DNA from: Balanoglossus misakiensis
Lineage: Eukaryota > Animalia > Hemichordata
Direction: 5' to 3'
Assembly (NCBI GenBank): GCA_040954595.2
Contig: CM082578.2
Span: 14,678,998 to 14,742,997, forward strand
DNA: 64,000 bases
Shown here: in pieces, positions 39,707 through 52,450 of the stretch
Position numbering within the stretch: the stretch's first letter is position 1
Layout of the letters: each line of letters begins with the position of its first letter
Notes under the pieces: model-generated
Databases searched by the model: none
The model's input: only the letters and a program-made list of their open reading frames with translations
What the model was told of the DNA's origin: nothing
Position numbers and translations under genes: made by a program

Positions 39707-42700
39707 ATGGCGGAAGAACCGTAAGTATTTTGATTTTCCCGGCGATATTTTCGACCAACTAAATCCTGTAATCGGTAAAAGAAATGACTCGTTGTTTGTT
39801 TTCTGATATTATTATTATTTTAAAAGTGGTATCTGTACCCGATTTCGATCATTTGTGTACCAGCGATGCGCTGTATTCACACACGTGGTTATGTCATTTG
39901 GGGTTATTGTAAATTTAGCGCTGTTTGTGCTAGGTCATCGTTCGGTGTGGGAGCGGTGAACCTTGTGGCATAGATTGAGCAAACCTCGGTGGGAGGCATC
40001 GGGAGATCTGATTAATAGTGCAGCGATCGCAAGATTTGTATTTCGATTTCCTTGTTGTGGACAGTGCATCAATTGTCGTCACCGAAGTTTGAAAATCTGC
40101 ATGCATGAGTCGGAGAAAAAGGTACCCAACTTGGACCGAAATGGTGCATTACGTCACATGCCCTTTCGATGTTTACTGCGTGTATATCCACTCTCTGGGG
40201 GTACATTCTGCATTTTGCGTCACCCTGATTTTATCCTTGGTAATATTTGCTATGGACGATCGGTTTCTTTTCCCTCTGTAGCATGGGCACCTCATGATCC
40301 ATGCTCTTAGGGACGTTCGTTTGTTTGGCTGTCAAACAAGTGTGTCCTTGTACGGAGGGATATGAACACACTGCACTGTACAGACCTGTCGCTTGTCGAC
40401 GAGCTGTTGCCAGTTTCTAGGTCATTGGTGTATAGTGTGGTAGTCACTGACGTAAAAGCGTAGCAAAACCAGGAAACACTTTTTTGTCACGTGAAAGAGG
40501 ATTCTGTGATAAAATACATGTACTTTCTCATTCATGATCAGTCATGTCAGTAGCGTCCAGTTGTCAATTTCGATTTGATTTGTTTGAAGCTTCAGTTTAG
40601 AATTGTTGCTGATGGACAGTTTGAAAATTGAACTTCCTGTATCCGTCATGCCATGTCCTCTGACTTTTCTGACCCAATGGTAGTACATTTGTATTACCAA
40701 TAACTCATTACTTTATTTTGTTTCTCAGAATGGCAGTAGACTCTAACAGAGTGGACACAGAGTGGCCGGGCAGATGGAATCATATTCGTAAATTCTTGGA
40801 AAGGACCGGCCCTTTTGCCCATCCGGATTTTGAACCGAATCCTGATGTGAGTATAAAAGATTGGTGTCTGTAGTTCTAATGAGATATTACAAATGATTTA
40901 AACTAACTACAATTGCCTTCTCCAATTTTCCTTTCAGATGTTAAGCTTTTTACTGGAAACATGCAAAGTATTGGTTGTAGGTGCCGGAGGACTTGGGTGT
41001 GAAGTTCTAAAAGATTTGGTAAGAGTTCATCTGGTAGTGATATCATTTTCAAGGTTCTGGAGGAAGTTTGTGACCTGCGTATACAAGTTTGTCCTCACCA
41101 CTGTCCATTCAAATTGCCGGTAAAATCTATGCTAAGATTTCAAGGATTATTTTCTCTTTCCAAATCTAGGCATTGAGTGGTTTTCGTCAAATTGATGTGA
41201 TTGACATGGATACTATTGATGTCTCCAATCTCAACAGACAATTTCTGTTCAGGTGAGTTGTCACATGTCGTTAACAAAGTGATGTTAAAAACAACCATGA
41301 TATGTGCAGAAGAAACTTGTGTTTTACCTTGAAATTCTCCTAGAAAACGATGCATAAGTTGTTTTAATTTTTAAAATGTGGTAATTTTTTAATACTTACA
41401 GTATTCTGTTTAATGTTCTTGTACAGACCCAAGGATGTTGGGAAGTCTAAAGCAGAAGTTGCAGCAAAGTTTATCAATTCCAGGGTTCCAGGTTGTAATG
41501 TCACCCCGTATCCTTTTGTCATGGAAACCAATATGAAATCATAGTTTCTGAGAGTATGAACAACTTGGGTGTGATGTCAGACATGTACCGGTAATGTCTT
41601 ATTAGCTTAATAAGGCCTCAATTAGAAATGATACAACACTTTCTGTTCTAGTTATAAGGGCAAAATTGCTCACTTTTGACAGATTATTTATCTTAGTCTG
41701 CTCACAATATGTCTAATCACGGTTTGTTACAACTCACCCTTGCATTGAAAAATTCCTTGACACTATGTTTTCAAGACATTACAAAAAAATTCAAGATTAT
41801 GATGGATCATTTTATAGACGTAAGTGACAATCACACTTTCTCTGTTATAGTTAGCACCATGCCAAATCTGTGTTGACTGCTATCTAGAATCATGCCACTG
41901 GTTTACTGTTAGTGATTAACTATTCTCCTTCTGACAGAATTTCACATCGTTATCTGTGGTCTGGACTCTATTGTTGCTAGAAGATGGCTCAATGGAATGC
42001 TGGTGAGAACAGATTCACTTTCTATGACGGTTTCTCACAGAATACATTTATTTGCACTTAACACTAGTATTTCGTGTCAGCCTTGCAGTCTCTAACAGAC
42101 CTAAACTGTTGCATTCTTTTATCATGTCTTTACAGCTGAGTCTAGTTAACTATGAAGAAGATGGGGGAATAGACCAAACTAGTATCATACCAATGATAGA
42201 CGGTGGTACAGAGGGTTTCAAAGGCAATGCTAGGGTGATCTTGCCAGGTCTTACTGCTTGTATTGAGTGTACACTGGAACTCTATCCACCGCAGGTATAG
42301 ATAAACTGTTTCTCCATTGATCAGTGTGTTAAAGTATTTAGACTGTCTGCTGACTTGTTTCATTGGTTGGCCAGTTGAAATCAGGATATTGACTATGTTT
42401 TTGTTATACTTAATATACTTATTATTTCTACGGTAGGTTGTATTTCCCATGTGTACTATTGCCCACACCCCACGTCTTCCAGAACACTGTATAGAATATG
42501 CAAAGGTTTTGTTGTGGCCACAAGAACAACCGTTTGGAGGTGAGTCTCAATCGATAACTAGACATGCATCAGATTTGCTACATTGTATCAGTATAACACT
42601 GTTGCAGTGATTGAGGTTCTACACATGCAGTGAAAGGCACGGTGATGAAATTGACTTGATGTTTTTTTCTTCTCCAGAAAATGTAGTGATTGATGGCGAT

Positions 42701-44248
42701 GACCCAGTGCACATTGAATGGATTTATGACAAGGCAATGGAGAGAGCTAAACAATTTAACATCCAAGGAGTCACCTACAGATTGGCACAAGGTATGCACC
42801 ATAGTTCATTTCCCTACAATACCTAGTAGTTGGCAAAAGAACAAAAAATGAAGTGTTATTTTTACTTCACTGTTGATTAAAAGCTTTCTACCACTGTTTG
42901 AATTGTATATTTTGGATTGTTCAGGGTAATTAATCTTCGAACTGATTCTGGCATTCTTTCTTGTCTTGCAGGTGTAGTGAAACACATCATTCCAGCGGTT
43001 GCATCAACCAATGCAGTCATAGCTGCAGCGTGTGTATCAGAGGTTTTTAAGATTGCTACAAGGTATGTGTAACAGAAGCTTTGTAAAGATAGATACAAAG
43101 TACGCGTCGTGACAATTTTGTCGAAGGAACCAAGTCAAGGACACTATAAAGATTGATATTGCAAAATGTCTGAACGTGCTCTTTTTCACCAACAGTTGTA
43201 GCATGCCATTAAACAATTACATGGTCTTCAATGACACAGATGGATTGTACACGTATACTTTTGAGGCAGAGAAAAAGGTGAGTTCCACGTTATATGTCAC
43301 CATGGCAACAAATCCTGAAAAAGCTTTCAAAATACAATGAAGCAGTTAATGAAAGAAATATTTATATGACCATCTCTTAAGTGTCCTCTCTCGATAATGA
43401 TGTTAATTCTTTTTTGAAACCTAATTATACTTCCCATATTAATGCAAGTACTGTTTTCTCCAAAACAGGAAGATTGTATAGCATGTAGTCAAATACCACA
43501 GAAAATACCCTTCGATGAGGATGCAACACTGCAAGATTTGGTTAATCATCTTCAAGAGAGTGCAGCTATGTAAGTCTACGTCTAGGCTTGACTGTCTGTT
43601 TTGATTTACTTTGGTATCTTGATAAGTTCTTAAATCTGCTTACGTAGGACTTATGAGAATTGGGTCGCAAAGGGCTTGAGAAAGAGTGAATTTTCTGAAC
43701 TTTTTGAACTCTGACCTCCTGTTAACCTATGGCATGCAGGGATTTACTCAAAACAGGGTTCATAGGGTTAAACATTTCTGTAAATGTACAAGAGTAGGGA
43801 TTCAATTTTGTCAATGGAGAAATGAAGCGAAGGGATATTTGCCACGATCACGATCTGAGTTCATCGTAATCAGCACTGTTCTCATGCGTGTATTGTACTT
43901 TTCAGGCAAATGAAAGCCCCAGGCATCACAGCAATTATTGATGGCAAGACTAAAACACTCTACATGAAAGCAGTGGAATCAATCGAAAAGAGAACAAAGA
44001 TTAACCTACCCAAGAAGCTGAAAGGTATACAATGACTTTTGACTTTACAGTCTTGTTAATTCTGGGTTCCCTGTCATTCAAAATGTTAAAGCCGTATTTG
44101 GTCAATGCTGTGGTTAACGCATGTCTTTTTTCTTTCTTACACAGAACTTGGTTTGGTTCATGGGCAAGAGATCATCATAGCTGACCCCACAACTCCCAGT
44201 TCCGTCATTTTTAATTTACATTTTAATCATACAAATATGGAGGTATAA
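39707..44248 (+). CDS. UBA3: NEDD8-activating enzyme E1 catalytic subunit
   Basis: Short first exon MAEEP (39707-39720), [57 protein letters not shown], catalytic [28 protein letters not shown]; TAA at 44246-44248. Confidence 0.97.
41508..41775 (+). other. U12-type (minor spliceosome) GT-AG intron in UBA3
   Basis: Donor GTATCCTTT at 41508; branch TTCCTTGAC at 41753-41761, with the A about 15 nt before an AAG acceptor; little polypyrimidine tract. Splicing restores NVTP|HYKKIQD. Confidence 0.92.
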
Positions 44249-45365
44249 TTTAAAATTGAAGTTTATACACACTTTTCCTGATAGGCCCTATATGTATGTG
44301 ATACATTAATCAGAATTCAATTTTATTCATATAAAACATTAACCTCCAGCCTCAGAATTAGACTGAATCCCCAGGACTTAACTCCAAGCATCACAGTACT
44401 GTACTCTAGCCATAGTTTCAAGCCCTGTGTCGTGATTTGCACACTGGAAATAGAAAACAGCTCAGAGTTTAATCAAGTCACTTGAGCTATAAATATTACT
44501 TATTGTATTGCAACAACCAGCATACTTCAAATGTCACTATTGTACCATTTCATTTTGGAATTTTTTTTTATTCACAATGTATGAGAATATGTTTTGAATT
44601 GTATGTTTCCCATGCTTTTTGAGTAAATAAACTATTTATACATGTATATCAGCATTTTAAAGACAAATCTCAACCATGGAGTCCATATTTTTTTTTTCTT
44701 TTTGGCCACAATGGCTTGCAGTTGGACATATATGTGTTAACAGTGTGACCTTTCATGCTAACATCTTCATCACCAAAAGTATGCCAGCTTGATGTCAAAA
44801 ACCAAACATCAGATTCAGTCTGAAAATTACTCAACTCAGAATCCCAAAAAAGCGAATCCTTGGTGACCAAATTGATTTGTTTTGTGGAACCAAGTGGTGT
44901 GTATCAAGATGCCAGACGGGACTATACATATGCCTAGAATACACACACAATAAAAGAAAATGCTCATAAATAACTTCTAAATGTTTTAAATAAAAATTTA
45001 TTCTGCGAGAAAATAATCATGTTATGAAGACTACAACTTGATATCTAAGTCAGTTTGATAAAAGGAGTAGTGTTTCCATGATCTCGAACGCTAAAATCTC
45101 CTACTGTTCCAAGTTTGTATCGTATTGATGTAAGCATATTTAAGTTTACAAGCTTCAGTGAAAACCACTTTGAAGCTAAACTTGGCATGCAAAATGTTTT
45201 GTATTATAAGTAAATAAATAAATTGAGACATGCAATCTCCAACAGTCTCTGATGATTTTGATCCTCACTGGCCATGTACAATGTGTGGCCTTGCAGAGGT
45301 ATATCCAGTACCTCTTTTTCTCTTGATAATAGGCCGTGGGAAAATGTACATGGGTTCATCTTATG

Positions 45366-47176
45366 TTATCTCTTCTTTTTAGAACTTTTTACTACAGTCC
45401 ATCCATCTTCCTCTTCTCCACCAACTTCCATACAGTCTTTACTGTCTGTTTGGGCAAACAGAAAAACTGAAGTTGATGAGTGAAACCACAAAGGAACGTA
45501 ATCATTCTAAACTGTGTAGGTTGACTCTCCTCTTTTGATCTCTGTGATATTTAGGGTAAAATTTGCAAAATGATCACACCAACACCAGTCTTTCATGTAC
45601 CTTGCAGGATTGCAAGACCTACATAATTTGGTAAGCAATTACCTTGCATACCTGAGGCTGATTTTGATGAATCAACATCACCATTCATTTGGGAGCTAAG
45701 CCCCATTCCATGTAATCTTGCAATCGTATTCTGTTGATTGATTTCTTCATTTGTTTCCATTTCCTATAGTCAGGACACAGAAGTATAGACAATCTGTAAA
45801 AGCTTGCAGGTTTGAACAATCACCTTATCTCCAGTATACCAGACTTTAAGAGCATCCATCAGGAAATGTGGTTCGAATTACAATAATCTGTGACTTTGTT
45901 GTGACAACCTCAAGAACTCTTACCTCATCATTGTCATCCTGCTCACTCTGTTGACAAGATGATATCTGGGCTTTGGAGCTTATTTGTATTTTGGCTAGAA
46001 CCTCATTTTCTTTTCCTTCTCGACAAAGCTGAAAGTATTTGCAAATTAGCTGGGAGATCTGAGAGGAGATGAGAGACATTACTTAAAACTGGTCAAAGCA
46101 ACCATTTCCGTACATCAAGTCAATGATAGGAGGGGTTAGTCAACAAAAGCAAGTTAAAACGTCATCTGTTTATAATTTATATTTACACAAGGAATCAAAT
46201 TTCATCACAACCATCTGATTATAACTTTCACAGTTTTACCTTTGTATTTATAGCAATCCAACAGTACTTATATTTATAATGTGTGATCTAGTTACTTACT
46301 TGTGGTAGACTACCGTCATCTGCTATTGTGTCAAATTCATTGTCTAAAATTTGTGCCAAAAAATCTTCTAACTCATATGGTTCTATATTACCTGTTCAAA
46401 TTCAATAAGAAACAGAATATTACTAGGTTAAAGCAACAAAAAAGACTCTGTTGATCACTTTGATCAAACTCTGAAACAATTTTGTCCAAATGTTTTGAAC
46501 TTTTAACACTCACTATTATCTTGAAACCAATCTTCTATAGCACCTACAAGCCACCTAGCTTTCTCTTGGCTGTGCTGACCACCAAAACCATGCTGCACAG
46601 CTAGCTGTATAGATACAGAATACATGTGTATAAAATGCGCATTCGAATTTGCATGCCATGAGTGTGCTGTCAGAGGTATAAGAGATAAATATGGTGCGAA
46701 ACACTCCTTTCAGGAGTGTTCAAGCCTGCCTGAGATGGCGCTGTTTGCACAGTGCAGAGATAGATAGGGATGATACTTGATTGGGATGCATCAATTCGCT
46801 AATCAAAGCCATAGTTACACATATTCGGATTTCGGTTCATTTTATTACATGTGCATGTATGATAATCGATCATACTCCTTTCCAAAACAGTCGCCTCACA
46901 ATGTCAGCGTTTTATTTAATCAAGTACATGTTATGAACGTGTGCAGCCACTTTCAACGTGAAGGTGAACTCACGTTCGCAACGTTCCCTTATTGGTGAAC
47001 GGAGTGATAAACCTTGTCGTCAATATTTGGCCGTCTAAGCATCATTTCTGCATTAAATATTTTATGTAAGTGTACGCGTACTGATAAATCGTTGACCCTA
47101 CCTGAAGTACGGTCCAACCATCAAGTACATTTTTCACTCCAAGGTAAAACACGGATTCGCACATGGCAGCTGCCAT
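45366..47176 (-). CDS. TSR2: Pre-rRNA-processing protein TSR2 homolog, 6 exons
   Basis: [16 protein letters not shown]|[40 protein letters not shown] and C-terminal [14 protein letters not shown]. Confidence 0.93.
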
Positions 47177-47503
47177 GTTCCGTCCTCGATAAATTACATT
47201 TCTCTGATGAATAAAACCAATCGGCTTGCACTTTATTACCAGCGGCCGGTAACACATCGCTAACATAAAGAACGTTTCAAATGAATTTGAGGTATTTTTA
47301 TTTAGGTAATTCATGTTTTACAAGCTTCTTTTTTTACATTAATGGTTTACTTTTAATAGCGTTTGGGAAGAGGTTAGTAATTGGCATAAACAGTTTCCAA
47401 ACAAACATACATGTTTTGTGTGCCAAGTTTTAATAGTGTAGACTGTTATTATGGTTACTTTTTACACGGTTTTACAGCTGATCAAAAGAGAATGTAGGCC
47501 AAA
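47177..47503. promoter_or_regulatory. Putative bidirectional promoter TSR2/TAF3
   Basis: Divergent ATGs about 330 bp apart; CCAAT near 47217; a probable TAF3 5'UTR acceptor TTTACAG at about 47478. Confidence 0.6.
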
Positions 47504-50500
47504 ATGACAGAAGGGTTTACAAGAAGTCTTTTGAAGGTGGCTGTGGCCCAGATTTGCCAAAGTCTGGGCTGGCATGCCGTACAGACTACTCCGTGTGATC
47601 TGTTGACTGATATTTTGGAGAGATACGTCGAAAAGTTGGCAGACACAACACACGCCTATGCAGAACAATGTAAGTTGTACATTGCATATGTATTGGGGTA
47701 CGCAGATCGTTGGGCTGAAGTAGATGTAGAATATATTTAATTAATCAGTCGACTTAATTTGGTTCTTTACCAAAATATCCTCTGGTCTCTACCCACCTCT
47801 TGCAAATGTACGACAGATGAGTGAGATGAGCTCACAATGATATACACATGTAGTAACCGGCAACCCGACCATTGATAATCCTTAAGCATAAGCATTACCT
47901 GCCTTTAGCTACATGCATGGAACTAAAACCTTCAGAGATTCAGGAAGAAAAAGTAATGTGTCATTCCAATTCATTGTTTTTGCAGATAATCGAACAGAAC
48001 CAAACCTTGATGACCTTGGACTTGCTTTCCACCAGCTGAATATCAACTTGGGTGAGATTGAGGAATATGTCAGTGATGTGGAGCAAATTCCCTTTGCACA
48101 TGAAGTTCCACTCTTTCCATTACCAAAGAGCAATTGTTTGCATCATCCCAGACCAGGGAGTGGTGAACACAGAGAGAGGCTCATGTATATACCTGATCAC
48201 ATGCCACCCCTGGTACCTCTTTCACAAGGTACAGTATTTCAACTGGTTCTACTATCAGTCTGCCTGCATTTTCATTTCTTTCATATTATTGCAGTTTCTA
48301 TAAATGGTTGTTACAAAATTGAATATGGCAAATAAGGATCCAATAGAAATCATCTGCTTGGGGAAAAGTCAATTATTGAATTGAATTGATTTACCAAAAT
48401 TTGATTCTTGTCTTTTTTTCAACTTTCCCTCTCTGTAGATGATGATCCTCTAGGTTCGCCTACACATGGATCAAGTGGTCTGTCCGTGATACCTGGTATG
48501 GACACGGGTCACCTCGACCCAAATCAGTTCTCCCCTCGAACTCCAGGAAGAGGTGAGAAACGCGACCGTGGTAGCCTCGGTTCAGATGAGCCGTCCAGTA
48601 AAAGGCTGCGTATCAATGAAGATGGCACTCCACAGGAACTTACTGCAATCTCAATGACAGCCCAGGGGGTGATCACCCCCAAGAGGGAGGGAAAGCTTCC
48701 TGAGGCATCAACACCACCACAAAGTAGATTACCAAGTGCACATCTTCAGAGAGCTATATTGACAGATGACTCAAAAAGTAATGACCAAGCAAAGGATGAA
48801 AATATGCCGCCGCCTCCCCCGGCAAGTCAAACTGTGTCAAAGTCAAGGCCAAAGTCTCCCAAGTCACCCAAAGGTGGCACTGAGACAGTAGCAAAACCAT
48901 TGAAATCAACACACAATAAACCAATTTCACCAAAGGGATCAAGAACTTTAAAGTCCCCTGAGCTCGGGAAAGGCTCAAATAAGAAATCACCAAGTCGGGC
49001 CAAGTCACCGGCTAGACAATCAGGTGGTAGTAGTTCATCCGCCATAACTCCAATATTGACAGGACTGTTGTCGCACGCAGCCAAACAGGGCCAGGCAAAC
49101 GGGGAGGTCAGCAGCTCTGATGAGGCTGACACCATAGGATCTGGTGAAAGAGTGGATACCTCCATTGATGCTGTCATTCTGCGAGCCAAACAACAGATGG
49201 TGGAGGCTGATAAACAGCAGGCTCTAGATGATCAGAAAGCTGAGGAGATGAGGAAGGAGAGAGAAAAGGAAGAGCAAGAAGAGATGGAGCGTGTGGAGAA
49301 TACCATCGACGCTGTCATTCTGAGATCGCAGCAGCAGCTGGCAGAAGAAGAAGAGAGAGCTGAGGAAGAAATGAGAGCCAGGATGAAAGCAGAGCCCGAA
49401 CCAGAACCAGTGCCACCCAAATCACCAGATCCCTATGCCTTCAGTGATGATGAACCCACACCCACACCTACACCCACCAAAGAGAAATCTCCTGCTAAAT
49501 TTAGCATGAAGAGTCCTTTGAAGAAAAAGGCCAAGGCTGGTTTTAAGCTTAAGTCTAAGAAAATCAAAGATAAGTTAGCTGGAAAGAACAAAAGCAAAGT
49601 TAAGATCAAGGTAAAAGATAAGAGCAAAGTCACAAAAGAGGGAAGTCTGAAATTTGATGGTACGAAATCCAAAGTTGTCAAAACTGAAAAGATTGTGGAC
49701 AATGAAATACCCAGCACAGCGCCGTTTGTTATCGCTGATGGAGACACATCAATGAAAATAAGAATCAAAGACAAGATGAAAAGGAAGGATAAAAAGCGAG
49801 ACAAGAAGGACAAACACAAAGTGAAAAAGGTCAAAGTCAAAGCTCCCGGGAAATCAGAAGAAACCAAAGCAGTTATTGAGTCTCATGTTTCTGAGTCCAA
49901 GAAGTCTGCTCCTCCCATAGCCAAGTTGAGTATCAAAACAAAAGATCTGCCTGTCACTACATTGACAATTACAGGTTTGCATAGAGCACAGGACACAGGC
50001 AGTGCTCCCAGTGTCAGTGAAGGCTCGGTGGAAAGTGTGAAAAAGACCAGTGCTGATAAGCATGACAAACGCCACCATGACAAGGCCAAGAAAAAGAAGA
50101 AAGACAAGCATAAGGAGAAATACAAGGAGAAACACAGGGAGAAGGAGAGACACAAGGATAAGGAGAAACATAAAAAGGATCATGGAAAACATAAGGATCA
50201 CAAGGAAAGTACTGATCTGGCCACAAAGGTGAGCTCATATCAAACTGCATGTGTGTGATTTGGATGCAAAATCAATTTGCTTGTACCAAAATCAGATAAC
50301 AGGATAGTCGTGTACAGTGGATGTTGTTGGTGGTCAGCTTACAAACATCTGTCCTTATATTTGCTGGTTATAGGCAAGGCGTCTTTCCTGGTTTTTCACT
50401 GACTATTTTTTACAAAAGGCACATTTTTGCTCCGTTCTAGTACATCACTGTGAAGGCAGTTTGTTTCATGCAGTATTTGATGAAATGACCTGTCATCTTG

Positions 50501-52450
50501 TATGTATCTTCTTTCTTTCAGATAAAGGCAGAACCAGCAATCTCAGAAGCTCCTAAAGATATTCCAAAGATTACATTGAAGTTAGGGTCCAGGCCTTCCT
50601 CCAGTGGAGAATCTTCAACTCCCAAAATGTAAGAATACACACTCTCCTGTCCGAGTTCCACACAACACTCGTTGCTTCAATGTCAAACCCTCACATATTA
50701 ACTATGAGTCATTTCTGGATGATACATCGCATCTGTGTTTCATGTTGTACGACTTTTTCCCCTTTCGAATATGGTATGTACAATAATTCCACATTGTCTT
50801 TTCTTTCAGATTTATTAAGCAGCCAGTTCCAGTTGAAAAGCCAGCCACGCCATCACCACCACCCCCAGCAGTACAACCACCAGTGTCTTTCCCACCACCG
50901 CCACCACTTCCACTGCAACAACCACAACCCCAACCAATACCCAAGTCACCAACCCTTACACCATCGCCACCTTACCCACAATTCCACATACCCCATTCCT
51001 CTCCACCCCCTCCACCTTACCATTCACCACGGTTCCCTTTCCATTACCCGTCCCAGTTTGGTTCCCCTCCCCCACCCCATCCCCATTCTCACCCCCACGC
51101 CCACACCGCTGCCCACTCCCTGCCTCACACCCATCACCCCATGTCAATAGCATCCATCATGTCCCAGTATCCTGCCTGGGCCTCTCCACCACCCATGCCA
51201 CACCCAGGAATGATGTCTCCCCCTCCACCCCAGCGGAAACCTATGATCCCAACAGTCCAAGCACCTCACATCCCCAAATTGATGATGCATCCATCTATGC
51301 CACCCTTTGCGTCATCCCTCCATGGCAGCCCCCCTGGTGTCAGACCGCCACCTCCCCCTCCCCCACCACCTCCACCACCACCACTCCCAGCACAGCAGCA
51401 GCAGCAACTCCCACCCCCTCCCCGTCTGCAGCACGAACCTACCAGGCCGCCAGTGATCATGTCACCTCCATACCCCTCATCTAGAGCCTCCCCCAAACAC
51501 ACCCCATCTCAGCAACCCCAACACACCTCGTCAAAAGCCTCGCCCAAACATGCCCCAGCTCAGCAGCTCAGGAAGGCGCTATCAAGCCAGCCGTCTGTAA
51601 CTTCATCATCGCCAGTGGCATCACCACCACCCCCGCCCCTACCACCGGCACCAGAACAACCAGTGCAGCCACCGTCACAACCAACACCACCACCAGCAAC
51701 AGCAGCACCTTCAACACAGTCCAGCGCAGTGCAAAGATCAGTGGTGACAGAAACACAGGGAAGCACAATATTGGTGAGTGAATGCCAAACTTTACTTGTC
51801 CCACAACTTTGATAATATGACCATAGTTAAGTGTTTAATCCATATTTGCTTGCTAGGATTCATGTATTGAATGCAAAATCATAGATACAAAAGGACTTGA
51901 GTGAACCCTTATATCTTATGCACTAAATTGCTGTTTATTATGAAGGAGTAATTTTGCTATTTAAGTTATTTTCACTTGGTTTGTTTCATACATAGGATGC
52001 CAATGGAACAAAGATTTGGATCTGTCCTGGATGTAAATTACCTGATGATGGCAGTCCTATGATTGGCTGTGATTTATGTGACGATTGGTATCATTGGTAA
52101 GTAAATCCTGTCATGCTTGGATAACATGGATGTCATGTGACATAAGCTGTATCAAGTGACAATACAAAGAACAAAAATGGTAACAAAATATCTTCTCATA
52201 CTGTAAGTTATACTGGTACATATGATTACTCCGACTTAAAGAAGTCTGAAAGTAGCAGTTTGGATGTGATAGTCTCTACTTCCATGTACACTCTCTAATC
52301 ATGTGTTCTCCTTCCCAAAGGCCATGTGTTGGTGTCATTCAAGAACCCAACGAAGAAGACAACTGGTACTGTCCAAGGTGCACAGCCAAGAAAAAAGCAG
52401 CAGCCAGCAAAAAGAAAAAGAAAAAGAAACATAAAGGGTCCTATGATTAG
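47504..52450 (+). CDS. TAF3: TFIID subunit TAF3 (N-terminal histone fold, C-terminal PHD finger)
   Basis: RSLLKVAVAQICQSLGW..DLLTDILERY, YIPDHMPPL, PKREGKLP, Lys-rich and Pro-rich exons, SVVTET and PHD IWICPGCKLPDDGSPMIGCDLCDDWYHW|PCVG..WYCPRC; TAG at 52448-52450. Confidence 0.96.

Noticed and set aside
39963-40310. 115-aa ORF or extra exon in UBA3 intron 1
   Set aside because: Exon 1 splices in frame directly to 40729, and no supported exon boundaries or homology were seen.
48754-51804. Multiple antisense ORFs over large TAF3 exons (likewise over FBH1, GTF3C1 and the GPCR)
   Set aside because: Shadow ORFs of low-complexity coding exons.
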